From: an uncultured Candidatus Saccharibacteria bacterium
GTDB lineage: Bacteria > Patescibacteriota > Minisyncoccia > Phycocordibacterales > SBAW01
Reading direction: 5' to 3'
DNA: 64,000 nt
Assembly: GCA_964615415.1 (NCBI GenBank)
Contig: CAZTNI010000001.1
Coordinates: 240,746-304,745, forward strand
Position 1 is the stretch's first letter. The number at the start of each line of letters is the position of its first letter. Below, piece by piece: positions 1-9,172 of the stretch. A model generated the notes under the pieces. That model had not been told where the DNA came from. It saw nothing but the letters and a program-made list of their open reading frames with translations, and did no database searches. The position numbers and the translations under genes are program-made.

Positions 1-569
1 TGGTAGATATTGAATTGCCGTCTGCGGGTCTTGCGCTTGCTATTTACTACGTCATCATGCCGGCAGAGGTATCTACAAACTTGGCACGTTTTGATGGAGT
101 GCGCTACGGACTGTCTCGTACAGGAAGTACGCAGTGGGAAGACTATGCGAAGTCGCGTGGCGAAGGGTTTGGTCCCGAGGCACGTCGCCGCATTATGCTC
201 GGTACGTACGTGCTTTCTAGTGGGTACTATGATGCCTACTACGGCAAAGCAATCGCGGCGCGCGCCAAACTTACGGAAGAGGTGCAAGAGGTTCTCTCGC
301 GAGTAGACGTTATTGCGACACCGTCCGCACCTTCCCCTGCTACCAAGCTTGGCGAACACACTCACGACCCGCTTGCTATGTACCTGCTCGATATATTTAC
401 CGTAACTGCAAATCTTACTGGCAACCCAGCGCTGTCAGTGCCTATGGGTGTCGTTGGGCGCGAAGGAGCAAAGCTTCCTGTTGGAATTCAATTCACTGCT
501 GCACATAAAGGAGAAGCTACACTCTTTGCTATAGGAAAAGCAGTGGAGAAGAATTCTGTACTACAATAG
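1..569 (+). CDS. gatA: Glutamyl-tRNA(Gln) amidotransferase subunit A, C-terminal part; 5' end lies outside the window
   Basis: The translation (…GNPALSVPMGVVGREGAKLPVGIQFTAAHKGEATLFAIG…) matches the conserved C-terminus of amidase-family GatA. The ORF runs in from the window edge. Confidence 0.8.
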   Translation, partial: VDIELPSAGLALAIYYVIMPAEVSTNLARFDGVRYGLSRTGSTQWEDYAKSRGEGFGPEARRRIMLGTYVLSSGYYDAYYGKAIAARAKLTEEVQEVLSRVDVIATPSAPSPATKLGEHTHDPLAMYLLDIFTVTANLTGNPALSVPMGVVGREGAKLPVGIQFTAAHKGEATLFAIGKAVEKNSVLQ

Positions 570-575
570 AGGTGC

Positions 576-1169
576 ATGTACGATATAAATTTTCTTAACA
601 TCGGCTACATCTTTTTGAGCCTGCTTAATGCTGTACAGGGGCTGTATGTTGACCCGTCGACCGTGCCTGCATACGTGGCGTACCTTGCGGGGCAAGTGTT
701 GGTGCTTGGTAGCGCGGTCTCTGTACTTATTTTGGCGCTTACTGCGTACGTGCGGATTCGCCTTATCATGGTTGAGCATGAAGGTTTTCATGGTCATCAT
801 GATGAAAGTCATCCGGGTGGTGTGCATCAAGAAACCGAAATCATTGGCACTCAAAAAAACTCGCGCTGGGAACACGTGCTTGCACTTAGTACCTCAGCAA
901 ACGAAGGTGACTGGCGACGCGCTATTATCGAGGCTGATATTATGCTCGGCAATTTACTCACCGATAAAGGGTATCCCGGTGCAACTATAGGAGATCAATT
1001 GAAAACAGCTAATCCGCTCCAATTTACGACCCTTGATGTGGCATGGACGGCTCACAAAATGCGCAATGACATAGCTCATGCGGGCGAGTCATTTCGTCTA
1101 ACCGAGCGGGACGTACGTGCAACTATCGCGCAATACGCGCGAGTATTTGAAGAATTTGGAATTATATAG
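576..1169 (+). CDS. Hypothetical membrane protein with two N-terminal TM helices; C-terminal region is possibly DUF4145/HEPN-like
   Basis: 197-aa ORF with a hydrophobic N-terminus. The C-terminal motif MRNDIAHAG resembles DUF4145, but that assignment is weak. Confidence 0.45.
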   Translation: MYDINFLNIGYIFLSLLNAVQGLYVDPSTVPAYVAYLAGQVLVLGSAVSVLILALTAYVRIRLIMVEHEGFHGHHDESHPGGVHQETEIIGTQKNSRWEHVLALSTSANEGDWRRAIIEADIMLGNLLTDKGYPGATIGDQLKTANPLQFTTLDVAWTAHKMRNDIAHAGESFRLTERDVRATIAQYARVFEEFGII

Positions 1170-1184
1170 TATAATAAAGGTATA

Positions 1185-1257
1185 GCGGGGTGGAGCAGTG
1201 GTAGCTCGCCAGGCTCATAACCTGGAGGTCGCTGGTTCAAGTCCAGCCCCCGCAACA
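1185..1257 (+). tRNA. tRNA with anticodon CAT (Met, or Ile2-lysidine type); CCA not encoded
   Basis: A cloverleaf is readable: D-arm GAGCagtGGtAGCTC, anticodon stem-loop CCAGG-CTCATAA-CCTGG, T-arm GCTGGTTCAAGTCCAGC. The T-arm resembles Ile2(k2CAT)-type tRNAs. Confidence 0.75.
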
Positions 1258-1283
1258 AGTATTACAAAATAACGAACTATCTG

Positions 1284-1994
1284 ATGACTTTCTCTATAAA
1301 AGAGTCGTTAAGATCCGGGTGGCAGCAATTTAAGGCGCATAGCGGCATCGTACTTACCGTATTCCTGATCGTCTTTGCGGTAAATATTTTCGCATCCATG
1401 TTTGATAGCGCTCTAGAAGGAAATGGATTTGTACAGTTTATAAGTAGCGTGTTATTTGGAATTGTGGGTGTTGTGGTAGGTACTGGAGCTACGTACATAG
1501 TTCTTAAAATTGCAAAAGGAGAACGGGCTGTGCGACGTGACATTGTGCCACCGCTTTCTTTATTGTGGCGATACTTTGTAGTAAATATGCTTGTTACGGT
1601 AATCACCTTGGGCATCTGTGCTGCCTGCGCTCTTGTTGGCTTTTCGGTAGTGACGGGACTTCTTGCGCTCGAGTTGCCTTTACTTGCAACGCTTGCGGGG
1701 ATCGTTATCGCGACAACAGGTATAGCCTTTCTGATATACGTAGCACTTCGGTATTCAGTTGCCTCGTTCGCTATTCTTGAAGGTGCAAAGATTATGGAGA
1801 GTGTTCACCGAAGCGCGGTACTTACACGAGGAGTAAAGGGGAAACTCGTACTTTTTGTACTCGTTGCCGGACTCATTAACCTCCTCGGTCTTTTAGCGCT
1901 TGTGGTGGGGTTGCTTCTAACGATCCCGCTCACGGCCCTCGCGTTTGCAAACGTATATCTTGCGCTTAAAAAGCGTGTTGAAGTAACGGCGTAA
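1284..1994 (+). CDS. Hypothetical polytopic membrane protein
   Basis: 236-aa ORF with at least six hydrophobic segments. No recognisable catalytic motif. Confidence 0.55.
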   Translation: MTFSIKESLRSGWQQFKAHSGIVLTVFLIVFAVNIFASMFDSALEGNGFVQFISSVLFGIVGVVVGTGATYIVLKIAKGERAVRRDIVPPLSLLWRYFVVNMLVTVITLGICAACALVGFSVVTGLLALELPLLATLAGIVIATTGIAFLIYVALRYSVASFAILEGAKIMESVHRSAVLTRGVKGKLVLFVLVAGLINLLGLLALVVGLLLTIPLTALAFANVYLALKKRVEVTA

Positions 1995-2048
1995 AAATGC
2001 TACTTTGAGTCCACGTCGGATAAGCGAAGCTTTCCACGTATCTTATTT

Positions 2049-2122
2049 GTCGGCGTAGCTCAGGTAGTTAGAGCATGGGACTCATAAACCCAAGGTCGAA
2101 GGTGCAAGTCCTTCCGCCGACA
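2049..2122 (+). tRNA. tRNA with anticodon CAT (Met/initiator-like); CCA not encoded
   Basis: Acceptor GTCGGCG/CGCCGAC, D-arm TAGCTCAGGTAGTTAGAGC, anticodon loop CTCATAA flanked by a GGG/CCC run, T-arm GAAGGTGCAAGTCCTTC. Confidence 0.75.
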
Positions 2123-4478
2123 CTAGTGTAGGGGACGTTTCTTTGCTGCACATAGACTCCATTGGGTGCTTTGCAACCCAAGCTTTTACGTGTGTGAGGA
2201 GTCGATCAAAATCCGCGATGCTCGAGTTGTGGGAGAAGGAGATGCGGGCAATATCTTTAACTGGTTTGATATAGATCTGCTGCTTTTTTAGGTAGGCAGC
2301 GAGCGCTGCTGGGTCGGACACGCGCAGTGCAATAATATTGCCCTGGTCTTCGTCGTGGTCGATAAACGAAATATTTTCTTCAGTAAGACGTTTTTTGCAA
2401 GCCGCAAGGAATGCCTTGTTCTTTTTCTCTACTGTGCGAATACCAATCTGGTTTATGTGCTTTAAGGCCGCGTGGAGCGTTACGACACCCATCAAATTAA
2501 CCGTGCCACCTTCAAAACGGCTGGCTGTGTCTTTGAGGGTGTAACTTTCTGTATCGAAGTGTGCCATGCTGCGCATGCCTACTTGAGTCTCTTTAAGGAG
2601 TGGCATGAGGTTTTTGTTGACGTACATAAAGCCCATACCCACCATGCCCCCCATATATTTTTGTCCGCCACACAGAAGAAAATCGACAGGAGTTTTTTGC
2701 AGGTCAATGGCACGCACGCCTATCCCTTGTACACCGTCTACCACAAGGAAGATTCCTTTACTGCGACAAATGCGGGAAAGTTTTGCGAGGTCAGGAAGGT
2801 AGCCGTCGTAGTGCTGCGCCCATGAAATTGAGATTACTTTTGTCTTGGGAGTAATGTTTGCGATGAGTGCGTCAAATGTTTCTTTGCCGTTTGCGCCATC
2901 AATCAAGCGTACGGTAATACCCTCTTTCTGTTTCTTCTGCCAGACAAAAATATTTGCAGGATATTCTTTTGCACCGAGCAACACTTCGTCGCCTTTGCGC
3001 AAGGGGAGCGCTTCGCTTGCAATATTAAGCCCTTCCGTGGTGTTTTTGATGTAGGTAATTTCACTCGGATCGCAGTGTACTAATGTTGCGGCTTCTGCCG
3101 CGAGTTTTTCTATATAGGGTTCGTATTTAAGAAGTATGTCAGGAGGGCCAACTCGGAAATATTCTTCCAAAAAATTTGCAGCAGCCTTGTAGACATGCGC
3201 TCCCATAGGACCAACGGTGCCGTAGTTAAAGAACACTTTTTTCTTTGGCTCTTCCGCGTTCTGTGCCGCTGTTTTAGTTGTAGTGGTTGGCGCTTGTTCC
3301 CACTTAATAGTAGGCATGATGATAGAACGGTCGATGTTGTCTTTGTAGCGCTTGGTGAATTCTAAAAGGTTCGCTAGTTCTGTTTGGAGCCGTCGGTCTT
3401 TTTTGGTATGCGATTGTGCGACAACAGGGTGCACCTCAACCTCTTTTTTAAGTGAACCATTGTTTTCCTTGCGTGGATTTTCTATGTATTGCACCTCAGT
3501 TGCGCCCGCGAGGTTTGTTAGTGTTTCCGCCATTTCCTTAATCGAAAGGCGTTGTGTGTAGTTGTGTGCAACGTCGTGCGTGCCCGGAGTCATGTCTGTG
3601 TTCGCAAAGTCGAGGAAATGGTCGACGGTGTCGGTCAAACTGATGAGTCCGGTCGTTTGTGATCCGTCACCGTACACAGTGAGCGGGTGACCGATAGCAA
3701 GCTGACAGACAAAACGGTTGAGTACGGTGCTAAATACTGAGTCGTAATTAAAGCGAGTGGAAAGAGAATGATTTTCTACAGCGCGATTTTCATCAATCGT
3801 GGCTCCAAAGATGGTCGACTGTTGCACGGTCAGGATCTTTAACTTCCACACCGATGCGCAGAGGTCGTTAATAAGGAAGTCGCTGATCTTCGACTGGTGG
3901 TAAAAGTCGGTAGCCTGCATGGGGAACCATGCGTTGAGGATTTTCCGTGCCTGGCCCTCGTGTTCAAATGTGAAATCTTTTTTACCAAGCGGCAGGAAGT
4001 CAGTGTCGACGTCCATGTAGCAGCCTGCGGACCCGAGTTTTATGTAGTTAATGTTTTTGTTTACTGCCGCGATAGCCCATAAAACATTCAAGTGACCAAC
4101 AATGTTGTTCGAGAAGGTTGCGGCGGCGTTCTTTGCGTTCATCATTGAAAATGGTGCGGAAGGCTGCTGCGCAGCATTAATGATGACCGAGGGGTTGTGT
4201 TTTTTAAGGAGTTTGACGCAGGCGTCCTGGTCGAGGAGTTCTACCTTTTCAAATGAAATATTTTTCTTACCAAAAATTTTTTCGTATTCTGTAATACGCT
4301 TACGCGGACTGTGAAAGGGGACCAAGAGTTTTGCGTTTACCTCCTTTTCCCATTCGCGCTTAATGAGGTTGTCTGCAAGAACAACTTTTGCGTTAGTGCG
4401 ATTTGCAAATGCGAGACCGAGGCTCCAGCCCAAGTATCCATCGCCTCCTAATATGAGGATAGTGTCGTTTTTGGTCAT
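2082..4478 (-). CDS. Fusion protein: N-terminal NAD-dependent epimerase/dehydratase (SDR, GxxGxxG + YHQSK) and C-terminal class-V (NifS/SufS-like) PLP-dependent aminotransferase
   Basis: 798-aa ORF. The N-terminus reads ILILGGDGYLGWSLGLAF with a YHQSK catalytic dyad. The C-terminal half carries DGVQGIGVRAIDL…CGGQKYMGG, the PLP-lysine motif of class-V aminotransferases. The last ~13 codons overlap the tRNA at 2049-2122 on the opposite strand. Confidence 0.7.
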   Translation of the reverse strand: MTKNDTILILGGDGYLGWSLGLAFANRTNAKVVLADNLIKREWEKEVNAKLLVPFHSPRKRITEYEKIFGKKNISFEKVELLDQDACVKLLKKHNPSVIINAAQQPSAPFSMMNAKNAAATFSNNIVGHLNVLWAIAAVNKNINYIKLGSAGCYMDVDTDFLPLGKKDFTFEHEGQARKILNAWFPMQATDFYHQSKISDFLINDLCASVWKLKILTVQQSTIFGATIDENRAVENHSLSTRFNYDSVFSTVLNRFVCQLAIGHPLTVYGDGSQTTGLISLTDTVDHFLDFANTDMTPGTHDVAHNYTQRLSIKEMAETLTNLAGATEVQYIENPRKENNGSLKKEVEVHPVVAQSHTKKDRRLQTELANLLEFTKRYKDNIDRSIIMPTIKWEQAPTTTTKTAAQNAEEPKKKVFFNYGTVGPMGAHVYKAAANFLEEYFRVGPPDILLKYEPYIEKLAAEAATLVHCDPSEITYIKNTTEGLNIASEALPLRKGDEVLLGAKEYPANIFVWQKKQKEGITVRLIDGANGKETFDALIANITPKTKVISISWAQHYDGYLPDLAKLSRICRSKGIFLVVDGVQGIGVRAIDLQKTPVDFLLCGGQKYMGGMVGMGFMYVNKNLMPLLKETQVGMRSMAHFDTESYTLKDTASRFEGGTVNLMGVVTLHAALKHINQIGIRTVEKKNKAFLAACKKRLTEENISFIDHDEDQGNIIALRVSDPAALAAYLKKQQIYIKPVKDIARISFSHNSSIADFDRLLTHVKAWVAKHPMESMCSKETSPTLVSAEGLAPSTLGL

Positions 4479-4616
4479 GCGGCAAAACAGACGTGTCTGA
4501 AATCAGAAAACAAGTACCTTCCCAGGTGCTATATTTTTACCACTTGGCTTTAGAAAGGTACAAGGAATTTACACATCGCACATGCGAGTGGAAGGAATGT
4601 AAAGATGGGTAAGTAA

Positions 4617-5201
4617 TTAGAGGGAGGTTTGTAGGCGTCGCACGCTGTCGGCAGTGAGGGTTGGCTGCTCAAACGAGGTGTCGAGCTCTCCGGTAATGGT
4701 GACAAAATCGCCCACGTCTACATCGCTTGGAGCAATGCGTTCTCCTTCGTCGTTTATAAACTTAGTACCAAAGTAGCGTTTTTCATATTTTGTCGCGTTT
4801 GTTTGTACGGTCCAGGTAAAAACAACCGAGTGCCAGGTGGTGCGCACGGTAAGGACAGGACCGTCTATTGCGAGTACTTCAGCGCCACGAAGGAGGATGA
4901 GGCCTGTGCGAGCGATGTTGATTTCACTAGGAGGAGTTTCTGTTTCGATAATCGCTTCAAGAGGTGCAGCGACTGCTGCTGGAACTTGTGGCGGGGGAGT
5001 AGAAACCGACTGTAGGGAAACAACGAATGCTGAAAAGGTAACAATGAAAAAGAGAGCGCTGCCGCCTATAGCTATAGTTTTACTATTGAAGCGAGGGTCG
5101 CGCAGCACTTCCACGCCGCGCTCAGCAAGGCGCTCTAAAGATGGAGGAACGCGTACTTCCTCCCACCGTTTTTGTATGACTGAAGAATTTCCTGTGCGCA
5201 T
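4617..5201 (-). CDS. Hypothetical single-pass membrane/secreted protein
   Basis: The ORF has a TM segment (FFIVTFSAFVVSL) followed by a Pro/Ala-rich linker and a beta-rich domain. The start at MRTGN… was chosen over the longer track ORF; the start is uncertain. Confidence 0.45.
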   Translation of the reverse strand: MRTGNSSVIQKRWEEVRVPPSLERLAERGVEVLRDPRFNSKTIAIGGSALFFIVTFSAFVVSLQSVSTPPPQVPAAVAAPLEAIIETETPPSEINIARTGLILLRGAEVLAIDGPVLTVRTTWHSVVFTWTVQTNATKYEKRYFGTKFINDEGERIAPSDVDVGDFVTITGELDTSFEQPTLTADSVRRLQTSL

Positions 5202-5474
5202 AAGCTGAAGTATAGAAACAAAAAATGAAGGGCACATGATGCAAAACGCCGAACGGAAAATCACCGTACAACATGTCTTGCAGAGTTGCAAGTTTTGTTG
5301 GGAGAGAGCTTGGTTAAGAACATTTTTCTGCGGGACTTGGTCAGGCGTTCCAAAATTGCCGTCGCAATTTTGGCCGCACGACCCTGCCTCGCGGTTTCGC
5401 CTGCTGGCGAAACATCGCTCCGGCGTTCAAGTCCCTTCGCAAGCAAAATTGTTTGCTTGCGACTCTCGCTACGC

Positions 5475-5500
5475 AAAAACCGCCCGAAGGCGGTTTTTTG
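5475..5500. terminator. Bidirectional Rho-independent terminator hairpin downstream of tRNA-Asp
   Basis: AAAAACCGCCCGAAGGCGGTTTTTT: a perfect GC-rich stem flanked by an A-tract and a T-tract. Confidence 0.7.
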
Positions 5501-5503
5501 ATG

Positions 5504-5578
5504 CGCGAGAGACGGGACTTGAACCCGCAACCTCCGCCGTGACAGGGCGGCGCTCTAACCAAATTGAGCTACTCCCGC
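5504..5578 (-). tRNA. tRNA-Asp (anticodon GTC)
   Basis: The reverse complement reads GCGGGAGTAGCTCAATTTGGTTAGAGCGCCGCCCTGTCACGGCGGAGGTTGCGGGTTCAAGTCCCGTCTCTCGCG. The anticodon loop is CTGTCAC and the acceptor stem pairs with one G·U pair. Confidence 0.85.
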
Positions 5579-5744
5579 AAGTGAGGGACAAAATGAACAC
5601 TGGTTTCATTTTTTCCGAGCGCAGGGGGAGAAAGCTACGCTTACTCCCGCATAACGCTATTTACTTCCGGTAAACAAAGGCATTCTAGCCTAAAATTGAC
5701 GTTTTTCCAATAACCCTTCTCCTTTACTGTGATACGATTTATGT

Positions 5745-6656
5745 GTGCCAAGCCAGTCTATATTCAGTAAAATATTTGCTCCGGTGCCGCTTGCCATACT
5801 TGGTGTTCTTGGATTCGGTGCTCTGGTATATGCAAACGTGCAGGTTTATACGCTTTCTAACCGTCTTGCGGATTTGGCTTCAAGTACGGCAGCACTCGCC
5901 AGTTCTACGGCACAGGCTGACACGTCTCTTGAGCAAAAGGCGACCACCATCTCAGACTCTCTTTACGCATCTCAACAAAATATTGAGGCAATTCAAAATC
6001 GTTTAGGAGGTTTCGAGCAAACGGTCGGCACCATTTCAAGCTCTGTTGGTATTTTAGAGAAGCTTAGTAAAACTGACCCAGAACTTTTGCAAAAATATTC
6101 TAAAGTATTTTTCTTGAGCGAACATTATGCGCCGGAGCGTCTGGCGCAAATTGACCAGCAGTATGTGTACAGTGATACTCGTACAGAAAAAATAAACGCA
6201 CTGGTTGCACCATTTTTAAATAGTTTACTTGTTGCGGCAAAGTCGCAAGGCGTAGAGCTGTTTGTGAAGTCTGCCTACCGCTCATTTGAAGAACAGGCTG
6301 CGCTTAAGTCTTCGTACAAGGTTACCTATGGCGCAGGGACGGCAAACCAATTTTCTGCAGACCAGGGCTATTCGGAACACCAGCTTGGTACCACGGTCGA
6401 TTTTATCTCAACAGGCCAAGGGGGTGTGTTGGAAGGGTTTGATAAAACAGCTGCCTACCAGTGGCTCCTGAACAATGCGTACCGCTACGGATTTATCCTT
6501 TCATATCCGCGTCAGAATGGATACTATATTTTTGAACCGTGGCACTGGCGGTATGTGGGGGTAGCACTAGCGACTCGTTTACACAACGAAAATAAAAACT
6601 TTTACGACCTCGAGCAACGAGAAATAGACATCTACCTCGCAAACATTTTCGATTAA
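5745..6656 (+). CDS. D-alanyl-D-alanine carboxypeptidase, peptidase M15B (VanY-like), with N-terminal TM and coiled coil
   Basis: The motifs SEHQLGTTVDF and EPWHWRY belong to the M15 zinc carboxypeptidase family. Confidence 0.75.
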   Translation: MPSQSIFSKIFAPVPLAILGVLGFGALVYANVQVYTLSNRLADLASSTAALASSTAQADTSLEQKATTISDSLYASQQNIEAIQNRLGGFEQTVGTISSSVGILEKLSKTDPELLQKYSKVFFLSEHYAPERLAQIDQQYVYSDTRTEKINALVAPFLNSLLVAAKSQGVELFVKSAYRSFEEQAALKSSYKVTYGAGTANQFSADQGYSEHQLGTTVDFISTGQGGVLEGFDKTAAYQWLLNNAYRYGFILSYPRQNGYYIFEPWHWRYVGVALATRLHNENKNFYDLEQREIDIYLANIFD

Positions 6657-6863
6657 TAATTAGTGATATACTTCTTCCTATATGGACGGATTAAATAATT
6701 TCTTTCAAATGTTGCTCGGGTTTTTGCTCCAGCTCTTGGAGCTGTTTGTCGGGTTTTGGATCGCGGTATTAAACCTGGTATTAGACTTCGCGCGCTCGCT
6801 TGCCGGACTCGTATCCTAACCCTTCTTTTTTCTTGGCAAATATTGTAGGGTATACCTACATTT

Positions 6864-6939
6864 GCCGTTGTAGCTCAGTTGGTAGAGCAACGCCATGGTA
6901 AGGCGTAGGTCGGCAGTTCGATCCTGCCCAACGGCTCCA
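6864..6939 (+). tRNA. tRNA-Thr (anticodon GGT), CCA encoded
   Basis: GCCGTTGTAGCTCAGTTGGTAGAGCAACGCCATGGTAAGGCGTAGGTCGGCAGTTCGATCCTGCCCAACGGCTCCA, with anticodon loop ATGGTAA. Confidence 0.85.
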
Positions 6940-6960
6940 GCAGTCACGTATAATCTGTAT

Positions 6961-7575
6961 ATGGCTTCACCCACTATTACTAAGGAGCGTATTCTTATAC
7001 TCCTTGCAAACCTCGCGTACATTTTTGGTTTTACGGTCTGGTTTTTGATGCGCGGCAACGTAGAATTTTTGTGGTACGTAGTCGTAATGATCGGCCTCCT
7101 TATCTTTGTGGCTCACAGCCTGAGCTACTCACGACTCCCGAACTCGCTCCTTATATTGCTTTCGGTGTGGGGAGTAATGCATATGGCAGGCGGCGGTGTG
7201 CCCGTCGGAGACCATGTGCTGTATCGCCAAGTACTGTTTCCTATTTTTAATGGAGGCGATGATTTCCTGATTTTTAAATACGATCAGTTGGTTCATGTGT
7301 ACGGCTTCGGTGTCGCTGCTGCAATTGTGCATTGGCTTATCCGCAGTCGCGCGCCTTCGGTGCGACCTATCTGGCGCGGGCTGCTTGCGGCACTTACGGC
7401 AATGGGTCTCGGAGTGGTGAATGAGATAGTAGAATTTGCCGCATTCCTCTCGCTCGACAAAACGGGTATCGGCGGCTTCTATAATTTACAGCTCGACCTT
7501 GTCTTTAATACGCTCGGTGCAGTCGCTGCAGTTATTGGCCTTGAGATATATCTGCGATTGAAAAGAGGCCAATAA
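6961..7575 (+). CDS. Hypothetical polytopic membrane protein
   Basis: The ORF track starts at 6895 inside the tRNA-Thr. I trimmed the start to the ATG at 6961 (MASPTITKE…). The protein has multiple TM helices. Confidence 0.5.
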   Translation: MASPTITKERILILLANLAYIFGFTVWFLMRGNVEFLWYVVVMIGLLIFVAHSLSYSRLPNSLLILLSVWGVMHMAGGGVPVGDHVLYRQVLFPIFNGGDDFLIFKYDQLVHVYGFGVAAAIVHWLIRSRAPSVRPIWRGLLAALTAMGLGVVNEIVEFAAFLSLDKTGIGGFYNLQLDLVFNTLGAVAAVIGLEIYLRLKRGQ

Positions 7576-7605
7576 TATCGTACGATTTCGAAACGGTCTC
7601 AATAA

Positions 7606-7680
7606 GCCGAAGTAGCTCAGCTGGTAGAGCAGCGGTATCGTAAACCGCAGGTCGCCGGTTCAATCCCGGCCTTCGGCTCC
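7606..7680 (+). tRNA. tRNA-Thr (anticodon CGT)
   Basis: GCCGAAGTAGCTCAGCTGGTAGAGCAGCGGTATCGTAAACCGCAGGTCGCCGGTTCAATCCCGGCCTTCGGCTCC, with anticodon loop ATCGTAA. Confidence 0.85.
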
Positions 7681-7722
7681 CGTGTATAAGAAAAAGCCAC
7701 CCGCTCGGGGTGGCTTGTGTGT

Positions 7723-8154
7723 TTATCGGGGTCGTAAAATCCCGGCTTCTTTAAGGACTGTACGATGGTCCTCAAGAAAATCATTCATGAGAAGAATGCG
7801 ATCCAGTCCCATTGCAGTCACTTCGAAGTGTTCGTTTCCCCAGTGTTGTTCGTGGATTCTACGAGCATAAGGAGCGATCTCCGAATGTGGCAATCTTTTT
7901 TCGTACAAATATTGCTTGAAGGCGTGTGGGGAGCTGGGAACAGTTCTTGAGTGTAGGAATGAAAAAGGAGGGGGCAGAGACCATCCTGTTTCTTCTGCAA
8001 GCTCTCGCACTGCAGCTTCTTCAGGACCCTCTCCTAACTCAACGCGTCCTCCGGGAAGTTTCCATACTGGTTGCGGTCGGCGATATTCTCGCACGACCAG
8101 CAGGTGTGTGGGACTGTGTGCTGCAATAAGCACCTGTCCCAGGTTTGTGTTCAA
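7723..8154 (-). CDS. NUDIX hydrolase
   Basis: Nudix box GGRVELGEGPEEAAVRELAEETG (GX5EX7REUXEEXGU). Confidence 0.75.
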   Translation of the reverse strand: MNTNLGQVLIAAHSPTHLLVVREYRRPQPVWKLPGGRVELGEGPEEAAVRELAEETGWSLPPPFSFLHSRTVPSSPHAFKQYLYEKRLPHSEIAPYARRIHEQHWGNEHFEVTAMGLDRILLMNDFLEDHRTVLKEAGILRPR

Positions 8155-8215
8155 CGCAACCTCCGCTTTCTATATTCGTTCTTCTAAATTTCATTAGAGC
8201 ACATGTTTACGAAAG

Positions 8216-9118
8216 TTGCAAGTTCAGGTACACTATGCGGTATCTATGCAGTCAGCAGAGGAGCGCAAACAGCGGATAGAAGCTATTGAAGCTGCTATGG
8301 CTGCGCCTGACTTTTGGAGCGACGTGCAGTCTGCGCAAGCCCTTATTAAAGAATTACAGGAGTTGAAAGTGGAGGCAGAAGGTGGCGGGAAGTACGAAGC
8401 GGGTGGCGCCATCCTTTCGTTTGTTGCGGGCGCTGGTGGTGACGATGCTGAAGATTTTGCCCACATGCTCTACGAAATGTATCGCAAGTTTGCAGAAAAA
8501 AAAGGTTGGGGCCTGCGCGTGCTGCATCAAAACGAAAATGATCACGGCGGGTATCGAAACCTTTCTGTAGAAATTACAGGGAAAAAAGTGTACGGCACGC
8601 TTAAAAATGAATACGGCGTGCACCGCTTGGTGCGCATCTCGCCCTTTAATGCCGCACAAAAGCGCCAGACTTCTTTTGTGCTTGTGGAGGTGCTGCCTAT
8701 TTTGGAAAAAGTTTCCGAAGTAGAAATTCCTGAAAGTGATCTAGAAATTTCTTTCGCTCGTTCAGGCGGGCCGGGCGGGCAAAATGTGAACAAGCGCGAA
8801 ACTGCGGTACGTGTTGTGCACAAACCGACCGGTATTTCAGCACATATGGACGGCGAGCGTAACCAAAATGCTAATAAAGAAAAGGCGATTGCTGTAGTAC
8901 AAGCAAAACTCCTGCATCAGCTTGAAGTTGAGCGGAAGGAAACCATTGCCGACTTGTCGGTCGCGGCAGGTAAAATCGAGTGGGGGAGTCAAATCCGCTC
9001 CTATGTTCTCCATCCTTATAAGCTGGTTAAAGACCACCGTACTGACGTAGAGGTGCGGGATGCAGAGTCTGTATTAGACGGCAACATAGAGGCATTTCTA
9101 GACCAAGCCCAGCAGTAA
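8216..9118 (+). CDS. prfB: Peptide chain release factor 2 (N-terminally short form)
   Basis: SPF motif (RISPFNAAQ) and GGQ motif ([11 protein letters not shown]). The likely start is TTG 8216 or ATG 8246. An in-frame stop at 8186 prevents any longer N-terminus. Confidence 0.8.
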   Translation: MQVQVHYAVSMQSAEERKQRIEAIEAAMAAPDFWSDVQSAQALIKELQELKVEAEGGGKYEAGGAILSFVAGAGGDDAEDFAHMLYEMYRKFAEKKGWGLRVLHQNENDHGGYRNLSVEITGKKVYGTLKNEYGVHRLVRISPFNAAQKRQTSFVLVEVLPILEKVSEVEIPESDLEISFARSGGPGGQNVNKRETAVRVVHKPTGISAHMDGERNQNANKEKAIAVVQAKLLHQLEVERKETIADLSVAAGKIEWGSQIRSYVLHPYKLVKDHRTDVEVRDAESVLDGNIEAFLDQAQQ

Positions 9119-9172
9119 GGGGAGTTGTGGTTTTGCACATCTGTAATACTCAAGTATCATATAAGGGTTGTA

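Noticed and set aside
1076-1258. 60-aa minus-strand ORF
   Set aside because: It lies entirely over the tRNA-CAT gene at 1185-1257, so it is an artefact of translating the tRNA antisense.
5236-5673. Several overlapping ORFs (5236-5673 +, 5261-5530 -, 5341-5562 -) around 5.3-5.6 kb
   Set aside because: They overlap tRNA-Asp and its terminator, and their products are Arg/Pro-rich low-complexity sequences. Treated as non-coding.
6816-7058. 80-aa minus-strand ORF, and the 5' extension of the plus ORF to 6895
   Set aside because: Both run through tRNA-Thr(GGT) at 6864-6939. The plus-strand gene was trimmed to the ATG at 6961.
8150-8260. Programmed +1 frameshift of prfB
   Set aside because: I looked for the CUU-UGA-C slippery site and an upstream RF2-like N-terminal frame. 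An in-frame stop at 8186 and no RF2-like peptide in the other frames means this was not supported.
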